Below, one piece after another: positions 18,865 to 25,265 of a stretch of 25,265 bases of DNA. Made by a program: the position numbers and the translations under genes. This DNA is from Coxiellaceae bacterium (GTDB taxonomy: Bacteria; Pseudomonadota; Gammaproteobacteria; Coxiellales; Coxiellaceae): NCBI GenBank assembly GCA_014238445.1, contig JABABC010000159.1, positions 1-25,265 of the forward strand. The letters are read 5' to 3'. The notes beneath the pieces are model-generated. The model searched no databases, was not told the DNA's origin, and worked only from the letters and a program-made list of their open reading frames with translations. Numbering within the stretch: the first letter of the stretch is position 1; each line of letters opens with the position of its first letter.

Positions 18865-21240
18865 ATGCGAGTTAGCAAGCAATGGTTGCAAGATTGGGTT
18901 TCCTTAGAGACGTCATCGGAGTCCATTGCTACGTCGTTAACAATGGCTGGGCTCGAAGTGGATGCCATTGAAGCGGTTGCATCTGACTTTACGGGGGTTG
19001 TGGTGGGCCATGTTGTGTCTTGTGAGCAACATCCTAATGCCGACCGGTTGCGTTGTTGTCGAGTCGATGTGGGAACAGAGGTGGTTGATATTGTTTGTGG
19101 TGGGAGTAACGTCAGGTCCAATCAAAAGGTGCCTGTTGCGCAAGTGGGAGCTCGGCTTGCTCCAGACTTTAACATCAAACGCACAAAACTACGCGGCGAA
19201 CCTTCTTGCGGAATGATTTGTTCCTCGCAAGAGCTAGGTTTAGGTGATGATGGCTCAGGTGGTATCATGGAGTTGTCTGCTGATGCACCTGTTGGTCAAT
19301 GTATTCGTGATTATTTGCAGTTGGATGATACCGTATTTGATGTGGACTTAACGCCTAATCGTGGTGATTGTTTGTCGATGAAGGGTGTTGCTCGAGAAGT
19401 GGCTATTTTTGAGCGCAAAGATTGTCAGTTTCCCTCGATCACTCGGGCTTCGGTCACCTCAGAGGCTGCTTTGTCAGTTGTTATTAAAGAAGGAAAAGCG
19501 TGCCCCCGTTATGTTGGACGTGTTATCAAGCATATTTCACAAGGTCAAACTCCCTTATGTATGCGTGAACGTTTAAGGCGTTGTGGTCTGCGTTTAATTC
19601 ACCCTGTCGTTGATATTTTAAATTATGTCATGTTGGAGTTGGGGCAGCCGATGCATGCCTTTGACCTTTCTGCGCTGCAAGGCGATGTGTGTGTGCGTTA
19701 TGCAAATCCTAGTGAGTCGATTCAATTGTTGGATGAACAGACGATTCAGTTATCCTCAGATGATTTAGTGATAGCGGATGATAAGCAAGCGTTAGCGTTG
19801 GCAGGTGTGATGGGTGGTCGCGCTTCATCGGTTAATGATACAACTACCGATATTTTTCTAGAAAGTGCCTATTTTGAACCTATTGGTATTACTAAAACGG
19901 CGCGCCGTTTTGGGTTGCAGACCGATGCTTCTTACCGTTATGCGCGTCATGTTGATGTGGCCTTGCAAGAAGAGGCCATTGAGCGCGCTACTGGTTTAAT
20001 TCTTGATATTTTGGGTGGTCAAGTTGGACCTTTAACCGTACAAGATCAGCCCCTGCATTTACCCTCTTCTGAGCCTATTCGGTTACGGTTTACCCGGATT
20101 GAACGCGTGTTGGGTGTGATTATAGAACAAGACACGATTACGGATTATTTAGTGGCATTGGGTATGGGTGTGACGAACGTTGAGGGTGGTTGGGATGTGG
20201 TGGCACCTACTTTTCGATCCGATATTCACTTAGAAATCGACTTGATTGAAGAGGTGGCTCGATTATTTCGTTTCGACCAGATTCCACTGCATGCTCAGGC
20301 TGTTTCAATGGACTTCCCAACAGCACCACAGACTGAGGTGCCGGCATCTCGAATTAAACAGTTTTTAGTGGATCAGGGCTACCATGAGACCATTCATTAC
20401 AGTTTTATCGATCACGATCTGGCTTGTCATTTTGCAAATGCCAAGGACTTGATGGTACTGGAAAACCCTTTATCTAAAGATATGGGTACGATGAGACCTT
20501 CTTTATGGCCTGGGTTGCTGATGACGTTGCGTTATAATCAGCACCGTCAATGTCACCGTCAGGCGCTCTTTGAAGTAGGGTGTTGTTTTTATCAGTCACA
20601 AGGGGAGTTGATTCAGCAGAATCACTTGGCTTTATTATTGACAGGTCCGCGATCTCCTGAGCAATGGAGTGAGCCTCAGCGTTTGGTGGATTTTTATGAC
20701 CTGAAGGGTCAGGTTGAGGCTCTATTGGGTGTGACGGGAGCTCAAGGAGATTGGCAGTGGAAAGTTGCTGAATTAGAAACACTGCACCCTGGTCAATCGG
20801 CTGCTTTGTATCGGGGTGATGATCAGGTGGGTTGGTTGGGTGCTCTCCATCCGTCATTAGCTCAAACCTTAGATATTGATGTGCCAGCTTTCTTATTTGA
20901 AGCTAATATGGAGTTTTTACAATCCTCAGCCGTGGTCTCTACGCGTGCGATTTCTAAGTTTCCCTCAGTTAGGCGTGACTTGTCGTTTATTTTTGACCAA
21001 AAAGTAGCTTCTAGTGACGTTATTCAGGTCATTAAACAACATGGTGGCTCTCACCTTGATGTAGCCCACATTTTTGATGTTTATCAGGGGGAAGAATGTG
21101 GAATTGGTAAAAAAAGTATCGCTATAGGCTTGACCTTCCAAGCAGCATCACGCACTCTTGTAGATGAAGAGATCAATCAAGTGATTGATATCATTATAAA
21201 AGCTTTGCAGCATACATTGAATGCAACGTTGAGGGTTTAG
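18865..21240 (+). CDS. pheT: Phenylalanine--tRNA ligase beta subunit
   Basis: [42 protein letters not shown]. Confidence 0.98.
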   Translation: MRVSKQWLQDWVSLETSSESIATSLTMAGLEVDAIEAVASDFTGVVVGHVVSCEQHPNADRLRCCRVDVGTEVVDIVCGGSNVRSNQKVPVAQVGARLAPDFNIKRTKLRGEPSCGMICSSQELGLGDDGSGGIMELSADAPVGQCIRDYLQLDDTVFDVDLTPNRGDCLSMKGVAREVAIFERKDCQFPSITRASVTSEAALSVVIKEGKACPRYVGRVIKHISQGQTPLCMRERLRRCGLRLIHPVVDILNYVMLELGQPMHAFDLSALQGDVCVRYANPSESIQLLDEQTIQLSSDDLVIADDKQALALAGVMGGRASSVNDTTTDIFLESAYFEPIGITKTARRFGLQTDASYRYARHVDVALQEEAIERATGLILDILGGQVGPLTVQDQPLHLPSSEPIRLRFTRIERVLGVIIEQDTITDYLVALGMGVTNVEGGWDVVAPTFRSDIHLEIDLIEEVARLFRFDQIPLHAQAVSMDFPTAPQTEVPASRIKQFLVDQGYHETIHYSFIDHDLACHFANAKDLMVLENPLSKDMGTMRPSLWPGLLMTLRYNQHRQCHRQALFEVGCCFYQSQGELIQQNHLALLLTGPRSPEQWSEPQRLVDFYDLKGQVEALLGVTGAQGDWQWKVAELETLHPGQSAALYRGDDQVGWLGALHPSLAQTLDIDVPAFLFEANMEFLQSSAVVSTRAISKFPSVRRDLSFIFDQKVASSDVIQVIKQHGGSHLDVAHIFDVYQGEECGIGKKSIAIGLTFQAASRTLVDEEINQVIDIIIKALQHTLNATLRV

Positions 21241-21242
21241 GT

Positions 21243-21563
21243 ATGGGAGCACTAACGAAAGCCAATTTAGCAGAGTACTTGTTCAATACCCTAGGTTTGA
21301 ATAAGCGTGAAGCCAAAGAGTTGGTTGAATTGTTTTTTGAGGAAATACGCGCTTGCCTGGAAAATGGTGAAACCGTTAAGTTGTCAGGCTTTGGTAACTT
21401 TAATTTGCGGGATAAGAGTGAAAGACCGGGGCGTAATCCTAAAACAGGGGAGGAAATCCCCATTAAAGCACGACGTGTTGTGACGTTTCGTGCGGGTCAT
21501 AAGTTAAAATCACGAGTGGAGGCATATCGCGATGATCAAGGGAAAACCACGGAAGAAGTTTAA
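21243..21563 (+). CDS. ihfA: Integration host factor subunit alpha
   Basis: [30 protein letters not shown]; follows pheT. Confidence 0.98.
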   Translation: MGALTKANLAEYLFNTLGLNKREAKELVELFFEEIRACLENGETVKLSGFGNFNLRDKSERPGRNPKTGEEIPIKARRVVTFRAGHKLKSRVEAYRDDQGKTTEEV

Positions 21564-21921
21564 TACGGTTGATTTGCCAGCTATTCCTGATAAATTATAT
21601 TTCACTATCGGTGAAGTTGCTCAGATGTGCGCGGTTGAAACACATGTCTTACGGTATTGGGAGCAAGAGTTCCCGGATATCTCGCCTTCAAAGCGTCGAG
21701 GTAATCGTCGCTATTATAAGCCTAAAGATGTTCAGCTGATCAGAAAGGTTCGTGCTTTATTGTATGACCAAGGATTCACGATTGAAGGTGCTCGTCGTCA
21801 ACTTTCTCAAGCTGAAGATGTGACTGTCTCTGGGTCATCCCCCGTATTTCCTGCTAGCCAGCCAATGGGTGAATTGATTCAGGAGTTGGAAGGTATTGTG
21901 ACAGAGCTTGAAGCGGTATAG
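21532..21921 (+). CDS. MerR family HTH regulator (the conserved ihfA-linked type)
   Basis: [38 protein letters not shown]; overlaps the ihfA 3' end by 32 nt. Confidence 0.93.
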   Translation: MIKGKPRKKFNTVDLPAIPDKLYFTIGEVAQMCAVETHVLRYWEQEFPDISPSKRRGNRRYYKPKDVQLIRKVRALLYDQGFTIEGARRQLSQAEDVTVSGSSPVFPASQPMGELIQELEGIVTELEAV

Positions 21922-22015
21922 CGTTTTTTTCTTCCCTTGAGTTCCATTGTATTTCCTAAGCGTTAGGTGGTTTCCATTGTTTGGATTTCATGTTAGCCTT
22001 GTCCGCTCTTAATCG

Positions 22016-22093
<78 letters not shown>

Positions 22094-22129
22094 AGTATTG
22101 ATCCTGGTTTTCTTTTATTTAAAATTTTC

Positions 22130-22157
22130 TTGATTCTTCTTGTCAGAGTGATACATT
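22130..22157 (+). promoter_or_regulatory. Candidate extended -10 promoter for ycaR-kdsB
   Basis: TTGATT-N16-TACATT with TG immediately upstream (TGaTACATT). Confidence 0.4.
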
Positions 22158-22187
22158 TTAAAAAACAATCCTGTGGTGGTGGTGATA

Positions 22188-22364
22188 ATGAATCAAAAAT
22201 TACTCGATGTATTAGCATGTCCTTTATGCAAAAGTCATTTATTGTATGATGCGCGTCAGCAGGAGCTGGTGTGTGCTATCGATAAATTAGCTTATCCCAT
22301 ACACAATGGCATCCCTGTGATGTTAGAAGAAAAAGCCCGGAGTTTATCAGAACAGGAGTCATAA
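22188..22364 (+). CDS. ycaR: Trm112-family protein (YcaR-like)
   Basis: LLDVLACPLCK...LAYPI.NGIPVML..AR; TAATG-coupled to kdsB. Confidence 0.93.
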   Translation: MNQKLLDVLACPLCKSHLLYDARQQELVCAIDKLAYPIHNGIPVMLEEKARSLSEQES

Positions 22365-23131
22365 TGATGAGTTTTCATGTGATTATTCCCGCGCGTTTAC
22401 ATTCAACCCGTTTGCCAGGGAAGGTATTAAAAGATTTAGCGGGTAAGCCGATGATTCAATATGTCTATGAGAGTGCTCAGCAATGCGGTGCTGCATCAGT
22501 TACGATAGCGACCGATGATGACACTATCGCAGAAGTCGCCGATGGCTTTGGCGCCTCAGTGTGTATGACAGAGGCATCTCATCAGTCTGGTACAGAGCGT
22601 ATTTGTGAGGCTGTCGATACTTTGGAGTTGAGTTCAGATGATGTGGTGATTGGGCTGCAAGCGGATGAACCGTTGATGCCACCTGCGATGATACAGTTAT
22701 TAGCGGAAGACTTAGTTGAGCACGAGCACCTGAACGTCGCTAGCTTATGTGCGCCCATTCAGTCAACGGAAGACTTATTTAATCCCAACACCGTGAAAGT
22801 TGTTCTGAATCGTCGGCATTATGCGGTGTATTTTAGTCGAGCGCCTATGCCCTGGAATCGAGATGGTGTGACGTCACCTGGTGAAATGACGATCACTAAT
22901 CAGCATTATCGACATATTGGAATGTATGGTTACCGGGTGGCTTTTTTAGATGATTATAAAAAATGGTCAGCATCACCTTTAGAGACCATCGAGCAACTAG
23001 AGCAATTGCGTATTATCTGGAACGGTGGGCGTATCCATATGAAGGTCTATGAACAACCCGTTCCTCCTGGCGTGGATACAGAAGAAGATTTTCAGGCTGT
23101 TTTGGCGATATTGAGTGAGTCTGCTCAGTAA
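22364..23131 (+). CDS. kdsB: 3-deoxy-manno-octulosonate cytidylyltransferase
   Basis: IIPARLHSTRLPGKVL, HQSGTER, QADEP, VKVV, YFSRAP.PW, LEQLR, GVDT. Confidence 0.97.
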   Translation: MMSFHVIIPARLHSTRLPGKVLKDLAGKPMIQYVYESAQQCGAASVTIATDDDTIAEVADGFGASVCMTEASHQSGTERICEAVDTLELSSDDVVIGLQADEPLMPPAMIQLLAEDLVEHEHLNVASLCAPIQSTEDLFNPNTVKVVLNRRHYAVYFSRAPMPWNRDGVTSPGEMTITNQHYRHIGMYGYRVAFLDDYKKWSASPLETIEQLEQLRIIWNGGRIHMKVYEQPVPPGVDTEEDFQAVLAILSESAQ

Positions 23132-23173
23132 TCAAGAGTGTGAGTGTTCAGTGTTCACTATGAGGCGATTGAA

Positions 23174-24019
23174 TCAACGCATTAGCGCTCTTGTTTTTAT
23201 TGATTTTTTGTTTTTATTGATAGTATTAGTATCGGGTATTATCAGGTCATCTTTATTGACGATGTTGCCATCCCGGGTGACTTCAAGGAGCTGTAATTCG
23301 TCTTCTTTGTTCACGATAATGAAGTAGTATTTTTTTGCATCAATATCAAGTAAGGCAGTGGTTCGTTTTTGATTATAGAGTGATTTGAAATGTGAGGGTC
23401 GAAGACGCAATGGGCGTGCTTGACGAATTTTACTGTTTTTGCCCGACTGCTCTATTTTCTCGATGTACTGAGGGTCACTATCATAGATGGATAATTTGAT
23501 GGTGCATCTGGGGCGTACGGTATTGACTTTAGTGATGTGCCTCTCAGTGGGTATGAGTGAGAGCGTGTTGTCAGCATGTAAGTAAAAGAGGTAAGCCTTG
23601 TTGGTTTTTTTGTCGATAAGCGTGGTGGATGCTCGATTATTATATTCTGATGTTGTCGATGATGGTGCTAATACGGCCATACGGTAACGTTTAATGCGGG
23701 TGTTTTTAAATGGGCGATCCATGTCAGCTTCGTAGTAGGGATTGAGTGGAAAACGGCATTTTCTGAAGAGTTTGCCTGAGCTGGCAGCCTTTGATGCGAT
23801 GCTAGAGAGTGTTTCTGGCGTCATGCCAGATAACCCTTCTTGTGCTGTGCCAGATAACCCTTCTTGTGCTGTGCCAGATAACGCTTCTTGTGCTGTGCCA
23901 GATAACCCTTCTTGTACTGTGCCAGATAGCTTTGCTGATGAGGCCATCATGTTAGCGTGACAAAACAGTAATGTCAGTATTAGCAGTACTGTGGTGGGTT
24001 TGACATGACAGTGTTGCAT
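23174..24019 (-). CDS. Hypothetical exported protein with N-terminal octapeptide repeats and an internally duplicated domain of about 85-89 aa
   Basis: Signal-peptide-like N-terminus (K7, VLLILTLLF, CHA); (SGTAQEGL)n repeat in frame; residues 105-155 align ungapped with 194-244. Confidence 0.85.
   Translation of the reverse strand: MQHCHVKPTTVLLILTLLFCHANMMASSAKLSGTVQEGLSGTAQEALSGTAQEGLSGTAQEGLSGMTPETLSSIASKAASSGKLFRKCRFPLNPYYEADMDRPFKNTRIKRYRMAVLAPSSTTSEYNNRASTTLIDKKTNKAYLFYLHADNTLSLIPTERHITKVNTVRPRCTIKLSIYDSDPQYIEKIEQSGKNSKIRQARPLRLRPSHFKSLYNQKRTTALLDIDAKKYYFIIVNKEDELQLLEVTRDGNIVNKDDLIIPDTNTINKNKKSIKTRALMR
23824..23928. repeat. Coding tandem repeat, 24-nt unit TGCCAGATAACCCTTCTTGTGCTG, 4 full copies plus 9 nt
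   Basis: Units start at 23824, 23848, 23872, 23896 and 23920 (partial). Units 3 and 4 each carry one substitution. Confidence 0.97.
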
Positions 24020-24220
24020 AATGCTTTACCCAGTGGTTCATCCATGAAAGTCTCAGTTTAAATGATAACTTATTGTTAATACAATTTTTTTATCTTTTTT
24101 GAAGGGTGTGGGTGCCATATCATAAAACACGGGGTCTTTCATAAAATGACGTTTAAAAACAGATAATTAGTAATTTCCGGGGTGATGGCTAACATTTTCT
24201 ACTACAATGAATGCGAATAG

Positions 24221-24238
24221 GTAAACAATCGTGTTTAC
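24221..24238. promoter_or_regulatory. Perfect inverted repeat GTAAACA-N4-TGTTTAC upstream of csrA
   Basis: Read directly from the sequence; function unknown (operator or 5' hairpin). Confidence 0.5.
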
Positions 24239-24255
24239 AGCTGGCCTATAAAAAA

Positions 24256-24266
24256 AGGGAGAAGGA
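24256..24266 (+). promoter_or_regulatory. Two ANGGA motifs (AGGGA, AAGGA) overlapping the csrA SD; candidate autoregulatory CsrA sites
   Basis: aAGGGAgAAGGAaATG; ANGGA is the established CsrA core motif. Confidence 0.45.
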
Positions 24267-24267
24267 A

Positions 24268-24468
24268 ATGTTAATTTTAACCAGGCGCATTGGTGAGGCT
24301 GTGGTGATTGGCGATGATGTTAAATTGACGGTCTTAGGTGTGCGAGGTAATCAGGTGCGTTTAGGAATTGATGCACCGAAGGAAGTATCGGTGCACCGGG
24401 AAGAAATTTATGATCGCATTGCTCAGGAAAATAAGGATGACAACATGGGTAATCGATCTGAGGATTGA
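24268..24468 (+). CDS. csrA: Carbon storage regulator CsrA
   Basis: [10 protein letters not shown]...[33 protein letters not shown]; SD AAGGA supports the 24268 start rather than 24211. Confidence 0.98.
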   Translation: MLILTRRIGEAVVIGDDVKLTVLGVRGNQVRLGIDAPKEVSVHREEIYDRIAQENKDDNMGNRSED

Positions 24469-24565
24469 TCGTTACTTATCCTGATTGCAGATAGGAGCTG
24501 CTGTGTTCAGTGTCAGTGGTGCAAGATGATTGACTAGCGTGAGTAGTGGTCTATTGTCTTGTAGA

Positions 24566-24593
24566 TAAGGTGTTATTTTTTAACCACACCTTA
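24566..24593. other. Inverted repeat TAAGGTGT-N12-ACACCTTA (hairpin or operator) downstream of csrA
   Basis: 8-bp perfect arms at 24566-24573 and 24586-24593; no U-tract after it on either strand. Confidence 0.5.
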
Positions 24594-24799
24594 AACCTTA
24601 AATTAACATTATGTGGTGATAATTTATGCTGCATAGACCCTTTTATCTTGATATTATCCTCTTATTGTTTTAATTTCACCCATATTAATGCCTTTAATGA
24701 ATATAAAGCTGACTCTTGATGTATTAGGAAAGTGCGCTAGTCAATGGAGTTATATTTCATCATGGTTGAGCTTAATGTTTTAGAAGAGGAGTTAGGGTG

Positions 24800-25265
24800 A
24801 TGCTTGATAATAATGATGATACCCATAGTATTCACGACAGTTTGATAGATGAGAATAATAACGCATTATCTTTGGCGTGGTTTTCACAGTGTTGCATGAC
24901 TATGCAGGAGTCTTTGTATTGGTATAAACAAGCAGATGACCCTGTCTTGAACAGAGAAATTGCTCTGCGCACAGCACACCTCAGTGAAGATCATAGCGAA
25001 GCGCAAAGCGCAGCGTATAAGAGCACAAGGCTTGAAAAATTAACCCCACCAAGTGGTAATGTATATGAAGGTGAGAGTGCACGCCATGGAGAACTGTCAC
25101 AAGCTCGTAGAAACAAGCGGTGGGGGTTGGCTTCTCTCTTGGTGCTAGTGGGTACTGTTGTCTTGCTAGCTGAAAAAGGCATGTTGATGCCTCACTCAGA
25201 ATCACAGGGTAATGGTCCAATTGGAAACCAAACCTGGGCACCAAGTGCTTTTCCAACATTGGAAC
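24800..25265 (+). CDS. Hypothetical single-pass membrane protein, 3' truncated by the window (not in ORF track)
   Basis: Manual translation gives 155 open codons to the window end (MLDNNDDTHS...RRNKRWGLASLLVLVGTVVLLA...FPTLE). Strong SD AGAGGAG upstream; TM segment preceded by basic residues. Confidence 0.8.
   Translation, partial: MLDNNDDTHSIHDSLIDENNNALSLAWFSQCCMTMQESLYWYKQADDPVLNREIALRTAHLSEDHSEAQSAAYKSTRLEKLTPPSGNVYEGESARHGELSQARRNKRWGLASLLVLVGTVVLLAEKGMLMPHSESQGNGPIGNQTWAPSAFPTLE

Noticed and set aside
20474-21463. Antisense ORFs within pheT and ihfA (20474-20857, 21194-21463) and similar ones in valS, lptFG, prfC, thrS and pheS
   Set aside because: Nested antisense to conserved essential genes, with no recognisable motifs or SD support
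23824-23928. CRISPR array
   Set aside because: The units are contiguous with no spacers, are in-frame coding, and no cas genes are nearby
24167-24180. LetA/GacA-like box (TTAGTAATTTCCGG vs TNAGAAATTTCTNA)
   Set aside because: Three mismatches and loss of palindromic symmetry
24469-24799. Csr/Rsm sRNA or tRNA-Ser downstream of csrA
   Set aside because: Too few clustered GGA hairpins, no terminator, and no cloverleaf
24981-25259. Minus-strand ORFs 24981-25259 and 24991-25182
   Set aside because: Shadows of the longer plus-strand ORF, which has a strong SD and a coherent TM topology

Overview
Chromosomal housekeeping region of a gammaproteobacterium. The gene content and order (valS directly divergent from lptF-lptG-prfC, YwtG/GalP-type sugar porter, stand-alone csrA) suggest a Coxiellaceae/Legionellales-like lineage; this is inference. 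Order: carB (5' truncated)-greA-sugar porter -> <- orphan 327-aa protein with a transglutaminase/papain-like GNC motif <- COG4240-like kinase <- hinT <- valS || lptF-lptG-prfC -> <- FNR-like regulator <- permuted NlpC/P60 (YiiX-like) hydrolase <- VUT/YhhQ-like transporter || tRNA-Val(GAC)-thrS-infC-rpmI-rplT-pheS-pheT-ihfA-merR-tRNA-Pro(GGG)-ycaR/Trm112-kdsB -> <- secreted orphan with a 24-nt VNTR and a duplicated domain || csrA -> and a membrane-protein ORF that runs off the window end and is absent from the ORF track. I saw no CRISPR array, integrase, transposase, prophage or rRNA. The most notable items are the two orphan proteins, an FNR with an intact Fe-S ligand set but an altered recognition helix, the structured leader of the VUT gene, and the orphan csrA locus. 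All motif and family calls are by eye, with no database searches.
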